Source of the DNA: Raillietiella orientalis | Lineage: Eukaryota | Direction: 5' to 3' | Length of the DNA stretch: 64,000 bases | NCBI GenBank assembly: GCA_036172245.1 | Contig: JAYWIR010000018.1 | Span: 1,302,001 to 1,366,000 of the forward strand | Notes under the pieces: model-generated | What the model was told of the DNA's origin: nothing | The model's input: the letters and a program-made list of their open reading frames with translations, nothing else | The model's database searches: none | Program-made: the position numbers and the translations under genes | Shown: positions 13,934 to 27,200 of the stretch, piece after piece | Numbering within the stretch: position 1 is the stretch's first letter | How the letters are laid out: every line of letters begins with the position of its first letter

Positions 13934-16900
13934 ATGTGCTCTGGTGTGCTTGTAATCCCCGTAAGTTTGTGGCTTCTGATTCCTCCTTCCGGCATAACCA
14001 GGGATGAGTCCTGTGGCAGGGCGGAAGGATTCTCGTTCCCCGAGTCGCCGCGGTCCTCCGCCGTGGAGCTGGGGATAAAGTATCCCAAGCTGATCTTTCA
14101 GACAACAACAGCGCCGCATCCGTCGCGAGAGACACTTGCCAGGGAACAGCGCACTACTAACAATGTGAGCATCTTTGGAATCAGGGATCGTTGTCTGATC
14201 CTTGAATCAGAGCCAGGTTCCTGATGCATTCGGTCCTCCGGAGGAAGAGACACACAGAGACAACTCCCCTGTTCCCTTCCAACAAGACAAAGGGATACCC
14301 ATTTCGGTGCTGCAACACCTCAGCTCTCTGAGCAGCGCGGAACAGTTTCTGGAAAACTTCCTGGGGATCGACATGGACGAATTCAACGGAGAACCGGGAA
14401 TGTCATCGGTGTCTCTTCCCAATTTTTACCCTGCGTTCGGGAGTTTCGGTTTGAGATCTGCTTCCGCATCTCACCCTGTTGTGAAACGTAGGTCTTTGTG
14501 TAAATGGACATTATCAGTAGAGTTGGTTGCCATGATACTGCTTTAATGCCATCTATTCCTAATTGCGAATCGAGTCTCCTGGGATACCCACCTGCACGAT
14601 GCGCAACTTCTGCATGTGGGCCACGAGACTGACGTTGTTTTTGTTTTATATCGGTAGACCGTTGATGCCATTCCCTTCTGAATAACCTGATCCCACATTT
14701 GGACGGAAACCAAAAGGGATAAGAAAACCGTCTGAGAAGATGCGTGCAAATGGGCTTTGAAATATCGCAGATGCAGTTGACACGTTTTTTTTTTTTTTTC
14801 ACAAAAAAGAAAGGAAAGCATACAACAACAACAAAAATTCGTGCTCTAAAATTTGCCTGTTACAGATACGCACTGCTAATTGAGGATGTAAATTACGGCA
14901 GCATCGTGTTAATTAACAGCATTATCACGTGACCTTTTAGAGATCAGTGATCACTTACGGGAGCCACAGGCGTGATTCGATCATTAGGACTAGCACGACG
15001 GCCTCTCCCCGTGACTGTTATCCTGAACATACGTGAAAAATACGTTGCTTAGTGTTTTTTTTTTTTTTTTTTGTAGGGGGGGAGGGGGACCGAAGGGTTG
15101 CCCACATCAAACGTTTGGGAGGAAGGAGAGGCCAGAAGATAGAGAGAGAGTTGTCTTTGGGAACGGCGGTCGAGTCCTTTGGTTGGATCACCTGGTAGAA
15201 AATCGAGAGAGGGAGGCGTGCACCCTCCGGCGATTCGGGTCTAAAACCGGGATCGCAGAATCCGGCATCAGAGGTGTCCCGGCGACAAGCGTCCGCGCGT
15301 TGCCGTCGCGCGGAGACGAGACTGCGCGCCTGTGAAACGGCCGGAACCGAAGACGATGACGCATTTCGGAGTGCGCGCCGCCAGGACAGGAAGGATCGTG
15401 CGAAGCACCGATGATCCTCAGGGACTCTGGCGGCGGCGATTCGGAACGGATGAGCTCTCAGAACCTCTGTACAAAATTGTACAGTTCTGACAGAGAGAGA
15501 GGGAGAAAGAGAAAGAAAGGCTTTTCATTTCAGTGTCGCGATTTTTGCCTTCAGGGAATGTGGTCACGTGAATCCGAAGGAAGGGCGGCATGCCTCGCAC
15601 TGTGTGAAAACCCGACCAGAGTTTGTTAAAGGGAAAAGAAAAGAAAGAAATCGAAGAGTTGATCCTTCCGAACTGGTCGAGCGTTTGTCGCCGCGATTGT
15701 CTCGGTAGGGAGTGACCGGATGTCGTAGGTGAAGCATGGAAACATCTCCGAATCCGGGCACGAAAAAGTAGAATTCTTTTTTTCACCCTGATTAACCGCT
15801 GGTCGGGCATTTTTCTTTTCTCGGCACTGGTTCAGGTGCGTTGGTCCTTGCCGTTTCCGCTCCCTTGTCTCTCTTGAACGCACCTTCGTTGCCTAACGAG
15901 CGAAAGTCTCTTCTTTGGCGCGCAGTTCTCCTGCCCCGCCTGTCTTGACTTGGGTGGTTGGGACTGTGCAAGGTTGACAGTCGCCCTGACAACTTTGTGC
16001 CGCTGAAATTTTTCATTCTCGGTTTACTTTCAGCTTACGGTGGAGGCTTTGTGCTGGACAAAATGCACCGTGGCTCGGCGATCGAAGGCCGCTCCCGCAA
16101 TCTAGAAGGTGGTTAGGCTGCACTTCTTCTGCACTTCTTCTCCTGGAGCAATATAACCCATCTCTAACTTTCCACCTACTGTAATCCGAAACTCGGGGAA
16201 AGTTTCTCTTGCGCAATCTCGCGCCCCCTTCCCTCCCCCTCGCTCACACAGAACCGTGCGCCTTGAGTGTGTGCGACAGGAGATGCTTTTGTTCCCTTTT
16301 AGATGAGATCCCCATCGCCACACCGGCCAAGTGCCTGCCAGAGGACACGATGGTGAACCTGGATTTGCCTCGGGAGCCCGGCAGGATCTACTGGCCGACG
16401 TGCACGCGTGTGCCTCGGTGCGGGGGCTGCTGCAACTCCGACCTGCTGGTCTGCGAGCCCGTCGAGTCCAAGGCCTTCACGCTGAGGGTAGGCATTGTGA
16501 GTTGCTGCCCCGCTCACCCCATCCCCCCCGTGGCACCACTCAGGTCATCGTCAGCAAGTACGTTCCTGAGGAAGGTTTCCGTTACCTCGGGAAGCAGGTG
16601 ACGTCGGTCGAGCGGCACGAATCCTGCGGCTGCAACTGTCGCATCAAGGCGGAGGTGATGATGCCGCCCTCCCGGGGATGGTGGCGATGGACGCGCGCGC
16701 GCGCGCTTTGTCTCCGTAGGACTGCGTCCAGCCACAGATCTACAGGGCGGACAAGTGCATCTGCGAGTGCTCCAACGTGGAGCACTACGAAGCCTGCCTC
16801 GCCCAGTACCGGAGCAAGACCTGGGACCCCTCGGACTGCAGCTGCAAGTGCCGCCAGGAAACCATCTGCTCCACGGGTTTCTTCTTCCACGCCGAAGTCT

Positions 16901-17127
16901 GCAAGTAAACGAAGCGAGCGCACGCGGGTCTGCGGTGCCACCACCGACCGTCCCCCCCCCCCCTCCTTTTCAGTTGCGTGCCCATCTCCTACGAGGAACC
17001 CTACGAAGTGCTGCAGCCCACGGGCAGGAGCCACCATCTGGGGCACAAGCTGCGGAACTGGAAGAGAAGCCGCATCGGGCACGTGAAGCCGTACCAGGTT
17101 TCGGAAACTCAAGAAAGTCGACTTTGA
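13934..17127 (+). CDS. Pvf: PDGF/VEGF-related factor (PVF), about 380 aa; exons 13934-14164, 14211-14487, 16303-16487, 16544-16654, 16720-16904, 16974-17127
   Basis: Cystine-knot core with all 8 cysteines (AKCLP..WPTCTRVPRCGGCC..VCEP..HESCGC), followed by CxCxC repeats (KCICEC, DCSCKC, EVCNC). Hydrophobic N-terminus MCSGVLVIPVSLWLLI. All introns are GT-AG with compatible phases; total 1143 nt. Exons 1-2 are less certain than the core. Confidence 0.9.
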
Positions 17128-17263
17128 GACAAACGCTAAGGTGCCAGGAATTCTCATGGTGCGCAGACTCCTGATCTCAGAAGCCTTTTTTTTTTTTTCC
17201 TTCTTCTTCCTTTGCTGTTCTTCCGTTTTTCCTTTTTTTTTCTTTTTTTTTTTTTTTTTTTAC

Positions 17264-17269
17264 AATAAA
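17264..17269 (+). promoter_or_regulatory. Candidate polyadenylation signal of Pvf
   Basis: AATAAA about 140 nt after the stop codon, following a long T-rich tract. Confidence 0.5.
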
Positions 17270-17310
17270 GAGATGCAAAATCTTGGGTCCTTTGAAGTCC
17301 TTTAGTGCTT

Positions 17311-17929
17311 GGACTGTAGGCTTGGGGCACGGATCTGGAGGAAGCCGAGTGTCCCCGTTGACTGGCCGGAAGTTGACCGTTCGAGGTTCTTCGAGGAACC
17401 AAGGAGGTCCTTCGGGGTTTCGTCTCCGGTTGTGGAAACGGAGCCGCACCGTGAGGTGCCATCGAATACCACGGAACTGGTTGATGACTCTCCAGAGTAT
17501 CAAGAAGCTCGCCGCTCCTTTCCAGGAAGTGCCCTTCGGTGTTCTCTCCAGAGGAGGAAACAGGGAGCGGCTCCCTTGCAGGTTCCCTTCGGAGAAGAAA
17601 TCCACGAACGGTCCCCACAGTCCGAGGGATCTCTCTAGAGAGAACAAGCGAGAGGTTCCCTCCGGGAGTTCCCTCCCAAGCAAGCGTGAGAGGAGCGGAC
17701 TCCTTCCTCCGGAGCCCTTCCCGGATTCGTAGGGCGGTCCCCTCCTGAAGTACCTTCTATAACTTGAAGAAGAGTAAGACGCAACCCTAGGTGGCGTGGG
17801 CAGAGCTGAAGAGCTTCGTGAGTTCCCCGCCAGGAGGCGGACGGTTCTTCAGCACTCCTTTGGGGCCAAAAAAAAAAAGCTGGGAGGAGAACAGCAAAAA
17901 CAGAAAAACCCAAAACGATTCCCATCATC
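17311..17929 (+). mobile_element. SINE-like repeat, copy B (5'-truncated, no tRNA head)
   Basis: Colinear with copy A from CCCCGTTGACTGGCCGGAAG through the A-run to GATTCCCATCATC. Confidence 0.8.
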
Positions 17930-19300
17930 TTATCTTCAGCGTGCTGGAACAGAGGCGCCCCCTCCCACAAGTGGCAGGAGTTGGCATTGCTGGTTTAACA
18001 CCCGGGTGCGCCGAGGCGTTTATTTTAAAACAAACAAACAAACATGTGTAGGGTCATCGCACCTACAACGTCCGAAAGAGTTAGGAACCTGCTGAGTAAC
18101 CGGCACGCAGGCCGGCGAGGTTCGCCTCGGCAACGGAGGAGGAGGGGACAAACAAAAATAAAAATAAAACAAAAAAACAAGATATACAAAAAAGATGGGA
18201 GGGTTAGGGAAGGGATCACATTGCTCTGGAGACCGTCCTCTGAATCTTTTCCAAGATGCCGGAAACTTCCATCCGAGTATGACCCAGATGGGTCATCCAG
18301 CTGTAATCCGCAGGAAGCGCAGGACAAAACGGATGGCGTCCTTCTCATGCCGTCATTCTCCTGCGTAGTCCAGGACTCCATAGTCCCTCGTAGGCAGCAG
18401 CAAAGAGCTGCTGGAGATGTGGCAGACGAAAGGGCATCGCGCAAGAAGAGGCGTTTCATCACGTCCCTGGGATTGTTCGTCGGTGCACCAAGGGCCGTTG
18501 GGCAACGCAACCACAGGGGCTGGAGGGCAACACCATTCACAAGTAGGTGAGTGAGGGATCTTTGTTCTCCACACCTGACACAGTTCGGGTCTACTGCCCC
18601 CCGGGTCCAGTGAGATCTGCGGGCGTTGCTGGGGTGCATGGAGGAATCCCCAACTGGCAAGGTGTTCTCTCAGAGCTGGACCCGGGGGGGGAGCATGGAC
18701 GCTCAGTGTGACAGGTGCGAGAAGGAGACCCTCCCGCTTCTGCTGTTGGATCGTGCTGTCCTCCGACCACTTCGGGGTCTCCTCGCGACGATCCTAGGAG
18801 CCCCGGCGGGCATCCCCAGGGACATTCTGAAACGTCTCTTTGTGTGTGGTGAAGCACCGCCTTCAGCTGCGTCCCTAGCAGTTCTCTGCCATCTCTGCGG
18901 GATCTCGGCGGCCTGGAAGACCAGAGGAAGAGGCCGAAATGGCAGGGACGCCATCCACTGGGCGCGGATCTTCCTATAGACCGCCTCGAGATGGCCCTAC
19001 GTGGGCTCCATGTGGACGGAACTCGCCAGCATCCTGAACAGGATGCAGAGGATGCTGTGGAGCGTACCGTAATCCTTTCTTCGTTCCCCGTGCGAAATTA
19101 CCCTCCCCTATTTTTCTTGTTTCTTTTTTTTTGCTTTTGTTTTCCCCTCCCCCGCCCTGCCGAAGCGGATCTCGCCGGCCTGCGCACCGCTCTTCGGCAG
19201 GTTCATTGCGCGTGGCAGAACCGAGGATTCGACCACACCGATGTGTTCTCATTACGTTATGTAGCAATGTATTCTCATTAAGACCCGGCAATACCGGATG
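17930..19300 (+). mobile_element. 5'-truncated LINE 3' end (host copy; pieces 17930-17993 and 18622-19300)
   Basis: KWQELALL on the left continues as VHGGIP..QCDRCEKETL on the right; the 3' UTR is shared with 45791-46375. Confidence 0.7.
17995..18621 (-). mobile_element. Antisense LINE 3' end nested in the host copy
   Basis: NARRSHWTRGAVDPNCVRCGEQRSLTHLLVNG; minus-strand AATAAA followed by a terminal hairpin; flanked by GGC[A/G]TTGCTGG at 17983-17993 and 18622-18632. Confidence 0.7.
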
Positions 19301-22300
19301 ATAGTCGCATCTTTCCCATCGCTGGAACTTCTCACTTGCCAGTGCGCTCCGTTGCGGGACGGAATGCTGTCGGATTTCACCGGGTGGTTTTTCCCGTGCG
19401 CTGCGAGACTCCATCCCTCGTGCCTTTTCGAAGGGAGGAAGCTAGTCGTCCCACGAGCAGGGCGTCCTCGAACACGCGTTCCCCACGAGCTCCAGAGGGA
19501 AATGCGATCTCTCCCGGGAAACTGGCATCTCCGGCTGCCGGGAGCGCTCGCGGGTCATCTCGGTCACCTCAGCTTTCCTGGAAACTCAATGGACTCCTGG
19601 AGGTCTCGACCCTGGCTTCCGCACACCACGCAAGATGCGCCTGGCGCATTATCCGGACCGCGTTTCCTTATCGGGGAGTTTACGAAACTATGCCCGCCCG
19701 TATTTGCATAACACGTGAGCAGTCGACCTCGAAGAAGAAAGGATGGGAGGGTGCGACGGCGCGAGGGTGTATCAAATTCCATCCCGTTTAATTGACGTAG
19801 TATGTGCACCAAAATGTAGGACATGCCTTCATCTTCGTTCGGCCTCCTGGAGTACACTCCAGAAAGGTCGATGATCGCTCCTTGACCACCAACCTCACGC
19901 ACAGTCAGTCCGGCAAACGAGGTTTCCATACTGTGGGGTGCGATCTTGCTTCAATCCCGTTTCTACTTGCCTGACTGTGTTCTTGTGCTGCATTCGTGTT
20001 TCCCTTTTGGGTTTGCGTGGATGGGCCCCGGATCCCCCTTCCTGACCATTCTGGTCATCCGGAGTGGATTCCGGAAAGTTCCCGAATGCGTCAAGAGAAA
20101 CCCGAAACTCGAATAGTGCAGTCGCATGAAAGAAATTTTCGAGTTTTCGTGCCGTCTCGAGGAAAAGAGCCAGGACGCGGCGTTATGTCTGCACGGATTC
20201 AACCAACGTCTTGTGTTCAGCACTGACTCAGTGATTTCGGAAAACGGTTTTGAAACTATTGTGTTGCAAACGGGAGGGAATTTATCAAACACTGCCAAAC
20301 ATTGCCGATTCGTCCGGGCGAGCTTCAGCTCAACAGGATCTCTTGGAAGAGCGAGCTGCTGCGACCCGGTCCCGAGGCTACGCAGCTTCGTAATGCAGTC
20401 CTGAGTCGGTCTGTAGGACTGCTTGTGCTGCTGCTGCTGCTGCTTGCTGTCGAATACCGATCTCGAATATTTGTCGGACGTCGCATGGAAAAATGATGAC
20501 TCTTCATGGATGATGCCCTCGTATTTTTTAGAGATAGAAAAGGCACACTTGATAATCAGAACGTAGTCAGCTTGGGTTTTCGAAAGTGGGGAACAGATGC
20601 ACAAATGATCACTTTTCATCTCATTGGATAATAATTAGGCTCACGGCAGTTTGTGTTGAAAGCATTCGTCATCTTTCCTTTTTATTCAATAAAAACTGCA
20701 TAAAGTGACATCAAAAAGAGTGCTTATGATCTAATGCTATTGAAGTTTCCAGAAAGATTAGTTGAAACATAAAGAAATAAACTCATTTTTGATAAAACTG
20801 ATGGGTGCTTGTGGTACAAATTTCAAAAATGAGAGCAAATTAGAGAGAATCTTTTGTCTCATGTACCATAGAGGGAGGATTCATTCCAACATATCGACGG
20901 ACATTACAAGACTATCTAATTATCTGTTTTCTTTCACTCAAGATCTTCTGTTAGAAGGGAAAGCTCAAAATGACGACTAAAAATGTCAAATTTGGTGAAA
21001 GTCCGTAGACACTCAAAACTAATAATAATTTTTGCAACAGCATAATTGAATTTCAAAAAGCATTTTGATGAGTGCTCAATTATTTCTGAAAATAATTTTT
21101 ATGAGAGATGAAAGGCATATACGAATTCAATAAAAAGCATCCCTAAATTGAGAGATGATTAGGAAGCAGCTAACTTGAAACGTAGAAATCTTGATCCTCG
21201 CATTCCTTTTTTTTTGTTAATACCATGATGTGACCATATTAATGGAAATGTTGATGAGAGCATCCCATCGACCCTGCCATAGGAAAAGATGATTTTGCTC
21301 TTAACGAAGTGTGGGAACAAATCATCAATGTCGCTCTACTGTAACTGCGGGATATAATCCTTTGTCATGATACTCTGGATTAAAGTTTTGTTTTGCCCTA
21401 AAATGGTTCTTTGTAAGTTCTGTAATTTTCAAGTATTTCTTGTGTATTGTCTTCATCACCAAGGGTTGTCCAGGATATGTTTTCGTTCACTCTAGGATGA
21501 AGTGGTAAATTAGAAAGGTTTCAAAGATTCGAGGTATCGATCACCAGATTCATAAGCTGGTTGTCGTCCTGCTTCCCGTTGTTCCTGCAAGCATATTTGG
21601 TCAGAAGGAGTATCAGAAGCACGAATAGTAGAACCAAATTTGGCCGAAGGATCGTCAAAAGAAATGATCATGAATGAGCTTAAAAGTCCTGCCGTTAAGA
21701 ACCCCTTGTTTCTCAAGCTCTTAAACTAACTTCATGTTGCTACTCCGTTTCTTGCAACTCGCTGCTTTATGAACTTCGTTCCATAACGACTGGAAGGATT
21801 GAGAAAGACATACGTGATAAACAAATACCAACACATCACTTTGTGTTTTTCGAAATTCTACTGAAGCTGAAGCGGACATTTCGCTAAACTGAGCGTTACC
21901 AATTTTTTTTTCCTTTTTTTTTTTTAAATGTAAAGTCCTACTTTTACGGCTTCATGAGAAAGATAGCTTTATCTTTCCAAGTTTCAGCAGTAATGCATTA
22001 TCGCATCGTACCTCATTCCCATAATGATTTCACGTCAGCTGTATGTTGGCTCCGATATTATGCATCTTTATTACAATATATGCTTATTCATTTATGGCCG
22101 TTTCGAAAACCATGAGCTCATCGGATGTGGTTCCGTGAAAGTAATGGCGCAATTCGGCTAACTCGATCCTCGACCCAACGAATATGCACACGAAAAACAC
22201 AAAATTGCGCGTAATTCATATTAAGTGAAACACAGCATAGTTGCAATTTGCTAATCGTCTCTAGGAAAGCACGAGGCTTAAATCTGCTTCGGAACGTTTC

Positions 22301-24239
22301 ATGAAGTGGGCGATGAAACCATTATCGCTGAAAAATCTTCGTCACGATTCGAGATTTCATTTTATTCCTGCGAGTTCAGACAGCTGCGTTAGGGATAAAT
22401 AAAATTGCTCCGAATGTTGTAGTTTGACTCTTTTCAGTTTTGGTCTCTTACTGAACGTAGAACACGGTTTCTAGTAAAATATCGATATTTTCGGCAGAGA
22501 GAGAGAGAAATCTGTGAGATCTACGGAAATCAAAGGAACGCGTGGCTGCTGCGTTTCCAAGATGTGTAGGCTGCACAGGGGAAACGAATGGATCCTTAAG
22601 GAATACGTGCTGCACCCAAACTCGGGGCACTTTCCGAATTGTAAATCCCAAGTTTCGTAATCCTAACGGACGAATGACCACCGTACCGGTCATCATCCGG
22701 CCGTCTTTACAAAGGGAAGAACCAAAGGAAAGAAACGGAAGGGACTCCTGTCGATGTGGAAGCAGATCAATCCTTGGATTCAATAGTGTGAGACACCGTT
22801 CCCGTCTTCGTTTCCGCCGCCGATTTGGGCATCTCCGCAACGAAAGGCCTCGTTTAACGGTGGTGGCGGGAAGGATGCTAACAGCAGAAAAGTGCACAGT
22901 TTTCACAGTGCACACACACGTTTTCCCTCGACACTGTGGACAATTTACAATGCCGAATGAAGTGCACGTCTTTGCACAAGAGTTTCGTGCAACCTGAGAT
23001 TTGCAAAAATTGACCGTGAACGTCCTGGCCAACTCATTTCGATGGAAGCGGGGAAGTCGACTCCATCAGATGTTCCTCTCTCCTTGCAAGAAATCCCGAC
23101 GTTTGGGCGGGGGTTTCTCCGGGGGTGCTGCCGGAGATCCGGGCGGCCTTGTGCCCATCTGCAAGAAAGTCCGAGGTAACACACATGGCTCTCGCACAGC
23201 CTCTCACTTGCCAAGTTCCACACCTTGGATCATTACGTGTAGATAACCTCGTTATTTGTGCCATGACAGATTCGAGAGTGAGCTTAAATAGTTGTTCAAA
23301 AGCTGTTTAAGTTTCTTGCAACTTTTTATTAGCCATCCCTTCAAATAAGCATGTGTTAAACCAATTCAAAACCTAGTAGTTCTCAATGTACACAAATTTA
23401 GCGCTCATTGCGCCATTCAAATTTCATTATAGAAATAATCCAAAACTTTTTTTTCTTTCTTTTCCCTTTTTTTTTTTTTAAAAAAAAAGTGCAATTTGGC
23501 TCGCTTTTTAGGGTACAAAAAGGCACCAGAAGAACTAGTTGACTAGTGCTTTGCCTTACACCACGCTTGTTCACAGGTAGACATTTTGTTTCACCCATGT
23601 TTTATCACGTTAAGGAAACCTTTCAAAAATTATTTAATGCTTACACAAGGATTTGGTTAAGCGAATGACTAAATCAGACTTAGGCGCACTTTTCGGTCTG
23701 GAAAAAAAAAAAAAATACAAAAGTGAAATGTCGATATTCCGTTCAAAGAGTCAGTCATTATGCAACACGCAATAACTTAGGTGGCAGGGCAAAACATCTG
23801 TTAAATTGCCACGTTTATTTCCAAGCATTGATTTGTACTATGAACTGCTATGAAACAAACTCTACTGCCACTTTTGGCACCGTCTCGAACGTTTGTTATT
23901 TGAAATGGATGATACAAACTAGTACATATGCTTTAAGAGTATTCCAAAATTCATGCACAGTATTTTGTAACAAAAGTAATGAAAATAGATTGAAAAATCA
24001 AGGCTTAAATTTACATATTGGTTTTCCTCTTTTTTTTTTTTTTTTTTCCTGTTGCATCCAATACCCTGCACAATTTTATAATGATGTTATTCTTATAAAC
24101 AATCTATGGTGCTGTACCTACAAACTGGTACATTATTACACTTCTCATGTACAACAAACAATAATACATGGGCACATGTGCTATCACTTATTGTGATAAA
24201 TCATGCCCAACTGCAGAAATTATGATACTAATAAAACTA

Positions 24240-27200
24240 TTACACAAACACTGCTTGGTTTGCTTCCGCATTGGAATCTTTTGGGGATAGCACCATTGGC
24301 ACCAAATGGGTCAAATACACCATCTTTTGATGGAAGGCATGAAATGGATCTCTTGCACTGATACCACGTCCACGGTATAATCTGTGAAGACTACATTTTT
24401 TCTTCGGATGGCAAACAGAGCGTTCAAGGGCATCAGTGGCAACACTCAATGAATCTTGCATGTTGACACTGAAATGCTCTGGGTCATTTTGCAGACAAGA
24501 CTGGAGTTCTTGCAAGTGTTTCAATTCTTCCTGCTGCACATCTAGTTTGGATCTATGAGTAACAAGATCTAATTGTAGATCCAACATAGTCTGGGGCTTA
24601 AAAGTATGCTTTGATGGCATTCGCCACCTCTGAGAACGTCGGGGACCAATATTACGTCGCAAAGGGACAGGATGCTCACTCCGATGCAAGGGCATAGCAC
24701 TATCTGACTCACTTCGGTTCAACCTACATAATGGGGACAGGGGACCTGAAGGAGAAAATGTTTGTGAGCGCCGAATACTTGGAAGATGGGAAGAGGATTT
24801 TGGCAGTTGACAAGGTGCTGTACATTCAGTGTTAGTTTCTTTTTCTGCTGTGAATGTGGGTCCTTTTGAGTCACTGGGGCTTCTTTCAACACATGATGTT
24901 TGGGAACACATCACTGCTGACTCTACATTGCTGCATTCCATTCTTGCAGCAGGAACATCAGGTTGTTTAAGATTATACCAATGTAATGAATGCCGCGTCA
25001 TTTGAAGCTCTGATAAGTTGATTTGAACATGTCCCTGAAAAAATCAAAACAATGAGTAATCACAACTTTGAAATAACATGCCAAGAATTCCGACTGGGTT
25101 CTCTCATTGAGGCTGTATAAGCTTAGTGCCAGGATGGATTCTGTATGGACACCATGCAGATTAAACACAAATGTGTCATCGAACACAGGATTTTGACATT
25201 CTGGCACTGCCGCTGTACAGGCTTGTTGCTCAGGTGCCAAACAAACCCTCACATACCTATGTCAAAACAAAATGTGAGCAGCTGGAGATTCATAATAAAG
25301 AATATTTACAGTTTAGTAGAAACAGATGGATCTTGTATCTGCAAATTCTGGCAGCAACGAACACCCACTGCTACTTGCCGTTTACCAGTAAAAAACTGGA
25401 CACTGACCAGCATCTGGGGGATGGCAGTATTGCTGGTGGCCTCAAAGACACCACTGTCATCACTGGCGGTACCCCTAAGTTCCAATTTGCCACCATTGGT
25501 CCCCAGGGATAACTTCCGAAAGCATTCATCCAACCCTGCTTGTGTCTGACATCGAGAAGCTTCATAGGGAGAAATTGGTGGTGATACTGAATCCAGACTA
25601 CTTAGTGGAGATACGGATTGCTCATCATTGGAGGCTATTGCTGTCCATGGTAAAAAGGAATAAGGCAACCCATAAATATCCAGCATGGAATGATTGGGAC
25701 TACTGCTGGTGGAGAGTGATCCTATGCTACTTGAGCTGCTCATGCTAAGTGTTGACTGGCTCAGAGAGCGGAGCTGTTTTTCCAAAACAGTTGTGGACTT
25801 CAGGTGATCATAAAGCTGCGCAATTAATAATTTGCGCTGTTCATCGATCCTTAAACGGTCTGCAATGGCTCTGTTGGAATGATGTGTGGCTAAACTAAGT
25901 TCAGCTTCTAAAGTTTGGATCTTGGCTGCCAACTGCTCCGTTTCTTGGGGTGAAGGAGAACGAGCAGCCATACCACGCAACTCTTTTAGAAGTTTTTCTT
26001 TCTCTCGAATGAGAAGTAATCTATAACACGATCAGTATGAGCTGAAAAGTATGGGAGATCACTTACCGATCTCGATCTGATTCTGCCTGTCCTGGAGCCG
26101 TGCGTTCTTCCAATTCTGTTAGTAACCGTTGAAGACTTTGAATGTATCTCCTCTCTTCATCGTATTGCAATCTCATCTGAGCCATTTGGGCAAGACTAGA
26201 ACGCACTGCTTGGCCAACAATATCTGTTTGTGAACATGCATCACGCAATAACCCATTGCTCTGTTCAGCCTCATGCGCTTGTAATCTCTGTAGCTCATCT
26301 TTCAGTTTCACTAAAGATTTCATTAACTTGAGCTTCTCTTGTTCTCCCTGTTGCAAAGACATTTGGATCTTCTGCATTTCCTTGTGAACAGCTTGAATTT
26401 CCGCAGGGCTATATTGGATGTGGTCCTCACACACCCTATAATTTGTCTGTGTCTATAAATCATGCAAAAGACAGTTGTACCTGGTAAGAGCATCCAATCC
26501 ATGTTTCCTGTATTCCACCTCAGTGTTGTTTTGTTTCATCTCCTGACGTAGTTTTGACACCCTTGCTTTGACTTCCGCCACTTCAGCACGTAATATATCT
26601 GGATCAAAGCGGGTGGAGCCACTGCTGGAGTTGCTGCTCAAACTAATATGGGAACCACCATGTCCACTTCTCTGAAGAACATTTTGCAAATAATTAAATT
26701 CCTCTTGGGCAAGAATTAAACGCTGCTGCTTTATATCTTGCAGCTCTTTCTTTGCCTACAGAAACATTATTAGAATCTAAACAACTGAATCTGCTCACTT
26801 ACAACTAGATCTTCCTGTGCAACAATTAAATAATCCTTCAGCATCTGTTCTTGCTTTCGGCGCCATTCTACTCTGGGATCTTCCTGTTGTGTAGTTCCTA
26901 CACAACATGATTTTAAATAACAATGATAATCCTTAATAACCTGTGTTGTGGTTGATGTAATATCTCCCCAAAGATGGATCATGGATTTCTTCCCATCCAA
27001 TTGGCAGTTCATTTCCAATGCAATCAGCAAAACTAAGAGGTTTCAAGTACCTAAATTTTGAAATGCCATATCAATTTGCGCACTGATCAACAGTCAGCTT
27101 TAAATGTACTATTTCAAAACCACTCACATAAAACACAAATATTTCTACATCAACAACAATGCTAATATTCAATAAAGGTGCAACAACATTCTGAAAAGAA

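Noticed and set aside
17930..19300. L1-style twin-priming inversion or MITE
   Set aside because: Both arms carry their own 3' terminus and are substantially diverged, and the TSD points to nested insertion instead.
19963..21900. Protein-coding gene (218-aa ORF with a poly-Q run)
   Set aside because: No splice-consistent model could be built. The Q-run is a CTG microsatellite, and faint RT-like remnants suggest an old LINE.
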